A program made the translations under genes and the position numbers. Below, piece after piece: positions 18,843 through 28,580 of a stretch of DNA of 64,000 nucleotides. Positions within the stretch are counted from its first letter, which is position 1, and every line of letters begins with the position of its first letter. Below the pieces are notes generated by a model that was given only the letters and a program-made list of their open reading frames with translations, was not told the origin of the DNA and ran no database searches. The DNA is from Candidatus Micrarchaeota archaeon (GTDB lineage: Archaea > Micrarchaeota > Micrarchaeia > Norongarragalinales > SBBD01), in assembly GCA_018819225.1 (NCBI GenBank), contig JAHJQN010000003.1, forward strand, positions 96,001 to 160,000, written 5' to 3'.

Positions 18843-20699
18843 TCAACCATTTAATGCATACAACGAAACGCGTTGATGAGAGTAGCTGAGGATCGCGTGC
18901 TTTTTAAGGAATGCGTCCATGACCGCATCCTTGCGGCGTTCCCGGTCCGTCACCAACGAAACCGTATTTTCGTTCACGAGAACGTGCGTGAATTCCCGCG
19001 AACGCAGCCAGTCCCGGAGATCATCCGCGTCCTGGAAACGATTGAAATCCTCGTAAATGCCGTATTCGTACGAGAGATCGGAATAGTAGCCGTGCGTGTC
19101 CCGAAAGAAGAACAGCTTGCTTTCCGGCGGAAGATTGCGGGAAGCCCACTGCAGCGTCCCGTAATTGGGTTGCGCGCGCATTAAGTAATCGTGCGAGGAT
19201 TCGAATCCGATGGCCACCGCAAATGCAGGCGCCTTGTATGCGAACGTAAAAACGACAGCGAAGATCATGGTCAGTAAAATGATTCCGGACAGAACCGTTG
19301 AAATCCATTTCTCGCGTCTCAGTCGATCGTAGGCCAACGCAACCGGAATGCTGAGAATCGCGAGCGCCGGGAAAATGAATCGCGATTCCTGGAACGTGAA
19401 GAACCACAAGACCACGAATCCCGCAGCGAATCCGATGAGTTTCTTGATGTCCGCATCCATTCGGTTAACCAGAAACAAGGCGGGAAGAATGGCCAAGTAA
19501 AGCGGACTGATGATTCCGTTAAACGCGGAACCGAAAAAAGTGAGTGAGAACGGAATCAACGCGAGCTCCAGCAACGGATTGCCGAGAACGATTCCGGCCC
19601 GCACCGATAGGTCTTGAAGCATGACATTGAAAAACGCCGTGCCGTCTCCGGAAATCTCGAACCGTTCCAAGAACGAGTAATATAATGGCCAGACGGGATT
19701 GCCGGTGTATGCGAATGTTTTCCAGTACCAGGGAACAAAGAACACGGCGGATACGACCCCGAAACCCGTGAGCGCCTTAAGGCGTTGGACGAACGATTTC
19801 GTGGACGGAGCGCGTGCGAGCTTGTAGAGCAAAGCGAGCCCCAACAAGATCAAGATCCATCCGCCAAGCGTCTTGATCGCCGCGGAAAAACCGGCGAACA
19901 GAGCCGAAAGGAAAAGCCAATCCCACGATTCGTGACGCCACCACTTCAGAAAACTCCAGATCGCCAGCAATTCGAAGAACGCCAACGAAAGGTCGATATA
20001 CCCCGTTCCGAAAAAGGCCTGCACCAACGGAATGCTCGCAAATACCGAGGCGCCAACGAAAGCGGAAAATGAAGAGACATGTTCACGGGCGAGCGCGTAT
20101 ATCGAGAGTAACAAGAGCATGCCGATTCCGAACGAAAACAACTTGGAAACCGAGATCGTGTACAGAATCAATCCGAGCGCGTACAACATTTCCATGCCCA
20201 TGGGCCAGTTGGCGTGAGGAAGAGAAAGAAACGTGAACCCTTTTTCCTGCACGTAGATTTTAGCGACGGCGAAATGGTAGGACAATGAATCCCAGTCCTT
20301 GGGACCCGGATCGGTGGACGAAGGCGGTGCGAAAACCGCGAGAAACTGCATAACGATTAATGCGAAGAACAATAGAGTCAATGCCATGGAAAACGGTCGC
20401 TTGAATTGCGCGCAGAAAAACGGAATACTTGAGCGGAACCCGCGCCGGAACAACGCCAGATTCGAATCAAAATCAGGAAGAAGCCAAAACAACACGAGCA
20501 GAATCAAGGCGATCACGGAACGAAACGCGAGCAAATGAACGGCGGCCAGCACGAATAACGTCATGGAAAAAAAAGCGAGTCCCACGCCAAAAGAAAAAAC
20601 GATGCGCTGGATATCCGAAAGCTTCAAGCGGTGCAGCAAGCGCTGTCCGAAAGCGAACGCGAGATAGAATATCAATAACGCGTAAAGAAACGATATCAT
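18843..20699 (-). CDS. GT-C (ArnT/PMT-like) membrane glycosyltransferase
   Basis: WDSLSYH...K, GYID, PWY..TGNPVWP, RF.FP; many TM helices plus a C-terminal soluble domain. Confidence 0.78.
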   Translation of the reverse strand: MISFLYALLIFYLAFAFGQRLLHRLKLSDIQRIVFSFGVGLAFFSMTLFVLAAVHLLAFRSVIALILLVLFWLLPDFDSNLALFRRGFRSSIPFFCAQFKRPFSMALTLLFFALIVMQFLAVFAPPSSTDPGPKDWDSLSYHFAVAKIYVQEKGFTFLSLPHANWPMGMEMLYALGLILYTISVSKLFSFGIGMLLLLSIYALAREHVSSFSAFVGASVFASIPLVQAFFGTGYIDLSLAFFELLAIWSFLKWWRHESWDWLFLSALFAGFSAAIKTLGGWILILLGLALLYKLARAPSTKSFVQRLKALTGFGVVSAVFFVPWYWKTFAYTGNPVWPLYYSFLERFEISGDGTAFFNVMLQDLSVRAGIVLGNPLLELALIPFSLTFFGSAFNGIISPLYLAILPALFLVNRMDADIKKLIGFAAGFVVLWFFTFQESRFIFPALAILSIPVALAYDRLRREKWISTVLSGIILLTMIFAVVFTFAYKAPAFAVAIGFESSHDYLMRAQPNYGTLQWASRNLPPESKLFFFRDTHGYYSDLSYEYGIYEDFNRFQDADDLRDWLRSREFTHVLVNENTVSLVTDRERRKDAVMDAFLKKHAILSYSHQRVSLYALNG

Positions 20700-20821
20700 G
20701 GGGATCCGCCCCCCAACCAACCCAACGCCAGCGACGCATAACGCGAATTAAGAACATAATTCGAAACGAAAAATAGAAGGAAGACGAGCAGCATCCACGC
20801 AACGGAAAGCCAGCGGCGCAT
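20696..20821 (-). CDS. 41-aa single-TM protein (MRRWLSVAWMLLVFLLFFVSNYVLNSRYASLALGWLGGGSP)
   Basis: Fills the gap exactly: starts 1 nt after the radical SAM stop, and its TGA overlaps the GT-C ATG (ATGA). Confidence 0.65.
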   Translation of the reverse strand: MRRWLSVAWMLLVFLLFFVSNYVLNSRYASLALGWLGGGSP

Positions 20822-20822
20822 A

Positions 20823-22313
20823 TCAGAATCCCAAGTACATGCGGCGGTACGTGTCCCATATCCGGTACGCCGTCATCTCGTATTTCGTTTCAAAACGACC
20901 CGTGAACATGTTCACCAAACTCTTTAATGAAGTGATCGGACGCCTAAATAGCTTGCGGGTGAAGAATAACACGTACCATTTGACCCGCAAGCGCGCCAAC
21001 TTCCGGTATTCCTTTCTCCACGTCGGCGAAAAACTGAGTTGCTCATAATTCTCGTAATTCCAGTTTTCTTCCGTGGAAGCGGGCGAACCAGGAACCGGAG
21101 TCATGATGAATAACGTGACCTCGTCCGCGCCTGCATCCGCCAAACGCTCAATGTAACGCTCGGTCAACCTCAGATCCTCGTCCGTTTCCCCCGGGTAGCC
21201 CATCACGAAACAGGCTTGCGAGCGAATGCCCAGCCGAGTCATCGTGCGAATGCGCTCCAGCGCGTACGCGTGATCAAACATTTTCTGCATGATTTTCAGC
21301 ATGCGCGGGGAACCGCTCTCCGGAGAAATTGAAATGTAGTTCACGCCCGCTTGAGCCATCCATTCCAGCGTCACATCATCATACGTTTCCACCTTCGTGC
21401 CCGCGGCAAATTTGAGATGGATCTTCAAGTTCCGTTGAATGATTTCCTTGCACAATTCAACGATTCGATCCTTTCGAACCGTGGGATTGAAGTCCTCCAC
21501 ATGAAAATCGCGCACGTTGAATTTCTCGACAAAGTGTTGAAGCTCGTCCGCCACATTTTTAGCACTCCGAATTTTCCATGAACGACCCCAAATGCCGGGT
21601 ACAAAACAAAACGTGCATCCTAAAGGACAGCCGCGGGACGTCAAGAGCGGAAGATACTTGCCTTGATACGGGCCGTGCGAATACTTGAGCCTCCAATAGT
21701 TTTCAAGAGGCAACAGATCAAACGCGGGGAAGGGCAGGGAATCCAGATCTTCGAGGAAATGCTGTTTTGGACGGACGACGAGCTTTCCGTTCCTCAAAAA
21801 CGCGATGCCGTCAATGGATTCAATGGCACGCGGGTCCTGCGCGCGCAAGGCCTCCAGTAACTGGTGGCTGCTGAGCTCATACTCCGCCAACAACACGTAA
21901 TCCGCTCCGGCATTCAGGAAATCCTTGAAGTGAATGGTGGCGAAGTTGCCGGTCATGATCAACGGCGCTTTTATTGCGGCCTTAATTTGTTTGATGAGCG
22001 TCAGCAAATAATCGTACGCAATACCGTAGTTGGAGACGAAACCGGAATTGGAGGAAAGAAAAATCGCTTCCGATTTAGAATCCAAACGGGCCATGACTTC
22101 TTCCACGCGCAAACCTTTCAGGAAGTGAGTGGCGCCCGCATCCGTAAATTGATAGGGTTTTTCGCCAAACGCGTCAATGATTGTGACGTTTAATCCTTTC
22201 TCGCGCAAATACGCCGCCAGATACGGCACTTCCATGGACATGTACGGGACTCCGCTCCCGAACAAATCGCCCTTCTGGTTCATGAGCGGGGGAATAATGA
22301 GTTGAACGGACAT
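20823..22313 (-). CDS. B12-binding radical SAM protein (class B methyltransferase-like)
   Basis: N-terminal cobalamin-binding-like domain; TSRGCPLGCTFC; ESGS; GYPGET. Confidence 0.9.
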   Translation of the reverse strand: MSVQLIIPPLMNQKGDLFGSGVPYMSMEVPYLAAYLREKGLNVTIIDAFGEKPYQFTDAGATHFLKGLRVEEVMARLDSKSEAIFLSSNSGFVSNYGIAYDYLLTLIKQIKAAIKAPLIMTGNFATIHFKDFLNAGADYVLLAEYELSSHQLLEALRAQDPRAIESIDGIAFLRNGKLVVRPKQHFLEDLDSLPFPAFDLLPLENYWRLKYSHGPYQGKYLPLLTSRGCPLGCTFCFVPGIWGRSWKIRSAKNVADELQHFVEKFNVRDFHVEDFNPTVRKDRIVELCKEIIQRNLKIHLKFAAGTKVETYDDVTLEWMAQAGVNYISISPESGSPRMLKIMQKMFDHAYALERIRTMTRLGIRSQACFVMGYPGETDEDLRLTERYIERLADAGADEVTLFIMTPVPGSPASTEENWNYENYEQLSFSPTWRKEYRKLARLRVKWYVLFFTRKLFRRPITSLKSLVNMFTGRFETKYEMTAYRIWDTYRRMYLGF

Positions 22314-22398
22314 TCAAAACGCCTCGGCTGCTTGCGCTATCCAGAAAAGGATTAGGAAGCCACGAATGTTAATAACGTTTTGTTTAATGAACGAACGT

Positions 22399-23823
22399 TC
22401 AGTCGACGATCTGGTACTGCGAGAAGCGTTTCTTCGATTCCGTCCACTCCTCCTTCGTGCGGCTTTGCACGATATGGTCTGAAGCCAGAAAACCCATGTC
22501 CAGACAATGATCCATGTTGTTGTAGTTGAACAAGCCCTGCCGGCCAATCGTCAGGAAATTGTCCAGCGAGTCCAAGTACTTGACCACTTCATTCAAATGC
22601 ACGCTGAAGCCGACATCGTACAACGGATACTTGTTGCGCAACCGCACCGTAAAGGATTCGGCCACCTCATCGCGCTTGAGAATCTCCACTTTCTCGAGAT
22701 CCGCCACCACCTGCCCATAAAGCGCGTGATCCGACGCGTTCCACTGCGCGTCCCCGTCCGAACACGTGATTTCCACGCATAAAACGGTTTTATCCTCGGG
22801 AACCATGAGCCCGCTGAACCCCTTTTGCTCGGAAATGCGGTTGAACACGATGTCCCGCTCCGGATAGAAAATCCAGTTGTCGTCAAATAAACGCGATTTC
22901 TTGACGACCAAGTAAACCAATATGAGCGCCCGGTAGCGCAGTTTCGAAGCCGCTTGCAGTACTTTCTCGGGAGGCAACGGACGGAACAACTTCACGACAT
23001 CGCCCAAATGAATCGAGCTGATCAAATAGGAAGGAGTCAAGGGTTTGCGCAAACCGCGCTCCTCGAAAATCACGGTGTCCACGCGATGGCCGTCCATGCG
23101 AATCTCAGTCGGAAGCGTCTTCAAGTGAATACGACCGCCATTATCCGTAATGCGCTGCGCCATGCGATTCGATAATTGAATGCAACCGTGCTTCGGGTAA
23201 TAGAACTCGGACGCCGTAATCTCTTTCTTGTTCTTGTTTCCCAGGAACATGCGCTTAATCAATTCGGTTAGGGACGGAATGGAAACGCGTATGCGCGCCA
23301 GCTCCGCATCCAAACCGTTCGGGTTCACTCCCCAAACCTTTTCCGCATAACCTTGAAACACCGCTTCGTAGATCTTGCGACCGAAACGGTTCGTCAAATA
23401 TTTTTCGTACGAATAATCTTCTTCCTTCGAAATCGTGCGCTTCGCCAGCATGGATGCGTAACTCATCCCAAAACCGAACGCGACCGCCGGCGAAACACCG
23501 GACATCAACGCCGTGGGCTTGAAAGGATACGAGAAATACTTTTCAAGAATGCGGATGCGGCTCTTCTTGGGAATCGTCTGCAACTCCTCCCCCAACAACC
23601 CTTGAATTTCCTTCATCACGTTGGGAAGTTGCGTGTAAATCTTGTGCGGACCCAAATCCAGCTGATACGGACCGCGTTGGAACGTCGTCGCCGTTCCTCC
23701 GATGTGATCCCGTTTTTCCAGGACGTCTACCGCTAACCCTGATTCGGCAAGCTTCCAGCCAGCGGACAAACCGGTGACGCCGGCACCCAAGACGACAACG
23801 CTTCCAGGCATGAATCCGATCAC
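22399..23823 (-). CDS. FAD-dependent oxidoreductase (UDP-galactopyranose mutase/protoporphyrinogen oxidase-like fold), glycan-locus type
   Basis: GAGVTGLSAG, DLGPH, KVWG, FYYPK.G, YPLY, GRQGLFNYNNMDH. Confidence 0.82.
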   Translation of the reverse strand: MIGFMPGSVVVLGAGVTGLSAGWKLAESGLAVDVLEKRDHIGGTATTFQRGPYQLDLGPHKIYTQLPNVMKEIQGLLGEELQTIPKKSRIRILEKYFSYPFKPTALMSGVSPAVAFGFGMSYASMLAKRTISKEEDYSYEKYLTNRFGRKIYEAVFQGYAEKVWGVNPNGLDAELARIRVSIPSLTELIKRMFLGNKNKKEITASEFYYPKHGCIQLSNRMAQRITDNGGRIHLKTLPTEIRMDGHRVDTVIFEERGLRKPLTPSYLISSIHLGDVVKLFRPLPPEKVLQAASKLRYRALILVYLVVKKSRLFDDNWIFYPERDIVFNRISEQKGFSGLMVPEDKTVLCVEITCSDGDAQWNASDHALYGQVVADLEKVEILKRDEVAESFTVRLRNKYPLYDVGFSVHLNEVVKYLDSLDNFLTIGRQGLFNYNNMDHCLDMGFLASDHIVQSRTKEEWTESKKRFSQYQIVD

Positions 23824-24722
23824 TTCTTTCGCGCGAGGACCAAATACTGCGAGGCATAATACGTCACTTGCTGGTCCTGCAACCTCAACGCGGAAACTAA
23901 CGCATTCAATACTCTATGAATGGCCTTATTGTAAGGTTGAACGCGATACACCAAATAACCCAAGCTCAGTTTCTGGTAATGACGTTTCGAATAGACTTGC
24001 TCGAACCCGTTGCGCTCCAACATGTCCCGCATGGTCTTCGGCGTAAAGTACCACAAGTGCACGCTCAACAAAAACCACCATTTTCTGCCCGTGATTTTCG
24101 CGAGCCTGCTGCCAAAATTCGGGTAGTTCACCACGAGCAATCCGCCGGGCTTCAGGATGCGCATGGCTTCCTTCAAGTCCGCCGCCGGATCCGGCACGTG
24201 CTCGAGAACATCCCAGAACGTAACGACATCGAAATGGGCATCCGGATATTTAGCCGTATGAATAGTGCCTTGCTTCAGGTTCAAACCGAACGTTTCTCTT
24301 CCGTAACGGGCCAACCAATGAGAGGGCTCCACGCCGTACGCATCCCAACCGTTTTCCTTGGCTGCTTTCACGAACAAGCCCGCTGCAGCTCCCACGTCCA
24401 ATACGCGACCTTTCTTCGGCATATGCTTTTCCATTAACCGGACCCCGGCACGGAAAGTGGCCATCCGACCCTCGGATTGCGAGACATACGTCTTATCCTC
24501 AGCCGCCGAATAACCCCCCACAATGAACTGGCTTTTCAAGCGTGGGTTCACGTACACGAAATGGCATTGCTTGCACTTTACGACCTGGTCCGTCAACACG
24601 TCGTTTCCGGAAGCGGAGAAATCGGCTTCCGACGTGGATTTGCCGGATAACGCCGGATACACGACGGAATAATCGTTGGCTCCGCATAAATTGCAGTTCA
24701 CGTGTTCTAAACGCGAATCCAT
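23820..24722 (-). CDS. Class I SAM methyltransferase with N-terminal CxxC...CxxC
   Basis: CNLC..CKQC, VLDVGAAAG, FWDVLEHVPDP, HLWYF. Start moved to ATG 24722 (GGTGA upstream). Confidence 0.88.
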   Translation of the reverse strand: MDSRLEHVNCNLCGANDYSVVYPALSGKSTSEADFSASGNDVLTDQVVKCKQCHFVYVNPRLKSQFIVGGYSAAEDKTYVSQSEGRMATFRAGVRLMEKHMPKKGRVLDVGAAAGLFVKAAKENGWDAYGVEPSHWLARYGRETFGLNLKQGTIHTAKYPDAHFDVVTFWDVLEHVPDPAADLKEAMRILKPGGLLVVNYPNFGSRLAKITGRKWWFLLSVHLWYFTPKTMRDMLERNGFEQVYSKRHYQKLSLGYLVYRVQPYNKAIHRVLNALVSALRLQDQQVTYYASQYLVLARKK

Positions 24723-24889
24723 GTTCTCACCACGTTGACGATCGGATAGTATATTCTTATGAGGCGCATGGGTTCTGGCGGCCGTACGAATGCGCCTCGA
24801 AAAATAGTTAAGTATTACCAGCACGACAGGTTTTAAAACCGTTTGGAGTCCATGCGCCCGCGACGAAAACAAAGGCGGCGTCGGGAAAA

Positions 24890-26203
24890 TTACACGCGCC
24901 GAAATCCCTGAATGCCGCGCGCATCATACACTTTCTCATACGCGCTTTCGTCAAAATGCTCGTCAAAACGCCATCCGTCATACGCGCTTCGAATCACGCA
25001 CGCTTCGGAAATGGAACCGGATTCAATGGAATAGGCGATGGGGCGTTGGAGAAAATGAATGAGTACCGCCGGAATGTTCGAGAAAATGCTTCCGGGGCAT
25101 TGGGATTGGGCGAACCGGCCCGCCTCCACGTACGCGATATGCTTGTCGTATTGCGTGGCCGCGCCCGCAATCAATGCCATGGAAAGCAGGAGGTTTAGGA
25201 ACACCGCCACCGCCGCCCATTGTTCTATGCGGGATTTCTTGGCAAGGTACGTGGCAGACAACAGGCACGCGAACGGAATCAACGGAACCAAATAACGGAA
25301 CAAACGGAAATTAAAGAAGCCCCAGATCTCCATGGTAAACACGACGCCAAACACCGCTAGACCCAACAGAGCGAACGCATTGCGATGGAACTTCCGAACG
25401 TTTTGAACTAAAGAAGTCAAAAAGAGTGGGAACGCAAAAGCGAGCGTAAATGCAAACAACAAGAAATAACTCGGAATCTGATCCGGTAGAGACAAAGCGC
25501 CTTGTCGGACGTTCAACTGCGCGAAAAAGAAATCGTTGAGGAACTGAAAGGCATTCCCCGTCACCGTTTGACTGAAAACGAGATAGGGAGAGAAGAACAG
25601 CAGGAACGCCAACGCCGCCCCGATTCCGTGCGGACTGAATATCACGTGCAAGCGATGGTTCTTCCAATAATACAGAAAGGCGATGAGGAAAATGTAGAGC
25701 CCGATAAAGCGGGTGAGCGCGAGCAATGCCGCCAACGCTCCGAACCCCATCAAGTATTTGGGTTGCGAAAGAGAGCGGTGTAACGCGTAAAGGCTAGCCA
25801 CGAATAAGAGGACGAAAAGCGTTTCCGTGAGGACACGGGCTTCTAAAAACGCGAAAAACGGATTCGTGGCGAGCAGTACCGCCCCCCAAAATCCGACGTG
25901 TTCATTGAACAGCTCGCGACCCAAGCGGTACGTCAGAAAAACGGCGAGCCCCCCGAATAAAAGATTCAGGAGCTTTCCGGCGAGGGCCATGTCCCCCAAG
26001 AACGCGAACCACGAAAGGAGATAAGGAAACGCGGGAAACCGCGCGATCTCAATGGTGCGCGATAAATCGTTCGACGCGAACGCATCCGCGCCATTCATGT
26101 ACGTATACTCGTCCATCGCGAAGACTGGAAAGTAAAGGGATAATACCGCGATGATGACCCATGCCAGAACCATGGGCCAGAAACGCAACCAATTCATGGC
26201 CAT
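24890..26203 (-). CDS. GT-C (ArnT/PMT-like) glycosyltransferase
   Basis: MDEYTY, R.P.FP, LTETLF, LTR, RYLVP; polytopic. Confidence 0.78.
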   Translation of the reverse strand: MAMNWLRFWPMVLAWVIIAVLSLYFPVFAMDEYTYMNGADAFASNDLSRTIEIARFPAFPYLLSWFAFLGDMALAGKLLNLLFGGLAVFLTYRLGRELFNEHVGFWGAVLLATNPFFAFLEARVLTETLFVLLFVASLYALHRSLSQPKYLMGFGALAALLALTRFIGLYIFLIAFLYYWKNHRLHVIFSPHGIGAALAFLLFFSPYLVFSQTVTGNAFQFLNDFFFAQLNVRQGALSLPDQIPSYFLLFAFTLAFAFPLFLTSLVQNVRKFHRNAFALLGLAVFGVVFTMEIWGFFNFRLFRYLVPLIPFACLLSATYLAKKSRIEQWAAVAVFLNLLLSMALIAGAATQYDKHIAYVEAGRFAQSQCPGSIFSNIPAVLIHFLQRPIAYSIESGSISEACVIRSAYDGWRFDEHFDESAYEKVYDARGIQGFRRV

Positions 26204-26221
26204 TCCTCCTTTAAAAAAAAA

Positions 26222-28468
26222 CTATTTCCGCATGAGCGGCTTGGCGAGATTACCGTTCACCCACTCCTTCCATTGGCTCAGCAAACGCGGATAATCCACG
26301 CCCCCTGATTCTTCGCGCTGGTTCTCCGCCATCAGCATATACGTGGAATGGGCCTTGATGCTATTTTCCGCTTCCAGAATCTTCGGTAGATTATACTTAC
26401 GTTTCACGTCCACCAGATATTGTTTGGATTCCGCTCGCGCGCGAATCTCGCCCCAGATTTGATCGTACGTCAAGCCCCGATTGCGCTGCAATTTCTTGAT
26501 CCAGTCAGAACCCTCGATATTTTTTTCAAACAACTCCAAATTATCCTTACCGGCATCGAACTGCAACCATTGCAGGAACCCATTCTCTCGCTGCGGGTCC
26601 TCATTCCAATACTTGCCGATCTCCGTGACCTCAATCAAACGACGACTGCGCTTCAATGAACCCTTGAAACGAATCGGGGCCGCCACAATCGCGAAATCCG
26701 TGGCCTTAAAGCTCGTGGTCGGCACACCCAAATCATTGACCACACGATCCCAAATGCTGTACGCGCTCTCCCCGTGAATGGTGCCCATGACCACGTTACC
26801 CACGGCGCCCACCCGCATGGCCTCGTACAAGGCCTTCGCCTCCGTCGAACGCACTTCTCCCACGATCAACACGGAATCTCCCAATCGAAGCGCCGTACGC
26901 AAGGCATCCTCCGCGCTCACCTCGGCCTCGCTCTGCGCGCCCAACGGCGGACGCGTCTTCATTCGCTGGATGTTGAAACCGAAACGCTTCAGCTGGGGAA
27001 CCGGAAGCTCCTGTGTATCCTCTTGAACAATGATACGCAAGTTCTGCGGAATTTCCTGCATCATGGCCTGCAATAAAGAGGTTTTACCAGAGCCACGACT
27101 ACCGACAATCAGCATGGAGGCCTGGGCATCCACGAAAAAGCTCAGAATGCCTGCAGACACCGAGTTGAACATGTTGTTGTCCAGAAACTGGGCGAGCGTC
27201 CAAGGCGTTTGCTTGTGCAACCGAAACGCGAACGCGGTCCCATCCAATGCAAGCGGTTTGCCGATCGCCGCAATGCGCGTCTGCAAATCCGGCAAATCAA
27301 AGTCGAGAATGGGGTGCGCCTCGTCGAACGGCCGTCCGGAAAGCGATCGAAAACGGGACACGATGCTTTTCGCTTCCTCTTCCGAGAAAATGATGTTGGT
27401 CTGGCATTGACCGTATTTTGAATGCACGACGTATATGGGTTTCTGACCCAACGGAGAATCAATGTAGACGTCGGTCAGATTGCGGTCGCTGAGAAGGATT
27501 TCCAGGATGCCGTAACCGATCGTGTACCGGGAAACAATCGTCGCCAACTGGTCGCGTTCTTCGGCCGTCAACACGATCTGGTTATGTTGCGCCAGATCCG
27601 CAATCGTCGCCGTGTAAATTTTGCCGAAATACCGCCGCGCCTGCTGCATGTCCAAAAACGAAACCGTGGTGGGCCGATGCGTCGACACCACTTCCTTCGT
27701 TTTCTCCAACAAGAAGTATTTGTCGGGAGGAAGCGTGTACTCGGGCGGATTGATGTAATACATATACTCCACTTTCTCCGGATGACGGTAAATGAAGATC
27801 GGAGTCCCCGCAATCTCGTACTCGTCGACGAGCTGGAGACTCTCAATGCCCGAGAAAAAGATGCGGGAACCAATGAAGGAAGGCTTAATGGCGGCCTCGA
27901 AAAACGCGTGGTAGATGCTGCGATCCGTAGGGATCTCGGACAGTTGCACCAAATACTTCTTCATTTTTTGAATAATGACGGTTTTCTCCATCTCCCCGCG
28001 CAAAAAGTCCAATGTTTTCAAGAATACCGATATGTCCTCCTGCTCTTCAGGAGCCAATGACGCGTTTCGAGCCGCCTCTTCCTTGATCAGCTGCAGCAAA
28101 TACAAGTAGGCCTTGAAGAAATCGCCGGGAAGCAACCCCAAAAAGTTCATGACCGCATCATGACGCTTGGCCAGAGAACGGCTGTCCGAGGTTTTTCCGA
28201 GGTTGCTCGGCGCCCAAACCGACTCGGACTCGAACTTGGAAACCAAGTCCGCGATGCTGCGCAACATGGCGGATTGCTCTTCGTTGTAAATGCGTTCGTA
28301 GTATTCCGTGAGCACGATCTCGTCCGCATCCACTTCCCGCAGCTTCGATACGACGTCGTGCATGCATGCCGCATACTGCGCCACGTCCGCGCCATACGAT
28401 GCGCCCTTGTAGTTGATGATGAGTTGGCGTTTGCCCCCCTGCGTTTTGACGACGTATTCCCCGACCAT
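26222..28468 (-). CDS. Type II/IV secretion or pilus assembly ATPase (VirB11/CpaF/FlaI family), long form
   Basis: Walker A GSRGSGKT, EDTQEL, ALRLGDSVLIVGEVRSTEA, MGTIHG. Confidence 0.9.
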   Translation of the reverse strand: MVGEYVVKTQGGKRQLIINYKGASYGADVAQYAACMHDVVSKLREVDADEIVLTEYYERIYNEEQSAMLRSIADLVSKFESESVWAPSNLGKTSDSRSLAKRHDAVMNFLGLLPGDFFKAYLYLLQLIKEEAARNASLAPEEQEDISVFLKTLDFLRGEMEKTVIIQKMKKYLVQLSEIPTDRSIYHAFFEAAIKPSFIGSRIFFSGIESLQLVDEYEIAGTPIFIYRHPEKVEYMYYINPPEYTLPPDKYFLLEKTKEVVSTHRPTTVSFLDMQQARRYFGKIYTATIADLAQHNQIVLTAEERDQLATIVSRYTIGYGILEILLSDRNLTDVYIDSPLGQKPIYVVHSKYGQCQTNIIFSEEEAKSIVSRFRSLSGRPFDEAHPILDFDLPDLQTRIAAIGKPLALDGTAFAFRLHKQTPWTLAQFLDNNMFNSVSAGILSFFVDAQASMLIVGSRGSGKTSLLQAMMQEIPQNLRIIVQEDTQELPVPQLKRFGFNIQRMKTRPPLGAQSEAEVSAEDALRTALRLGDSVLIVGEVRSTEAKALYEAMRVGAVGNVVMGTIHGESAYSIWDRVVNDLGVPTTSFKATDFAIVAAPIRFKGSLKRSRRLIEVTEIGKYWNEDPQRENGFLQWLQFDAGKDNLELFEKNIEGSDWIKKLQRNRGLTYDQIWGEIRARAESKQYLVDVKRKYNLPKILEAENSIKAHSTYMLMAENQREESGGVDYPRLLSQWKEWVNGNLAKPLMRK

Positions 28469-28580
28469 TCGAAAACCCTGTCGCGGTATTAGACCGCCGG
28501 TTTATAAAACGTATTCGGATACCTGAATCGCCGCGAACAATCCTTTAAATAGCAGGAATTCGTACGAGGTAACGAGAATC

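Noticed and set aside
22399-23823. Protoporphyrinogen oxidase (hemY)
   Set aside because: No heme-pathway context; the neighbours are glycan-modifying genes.
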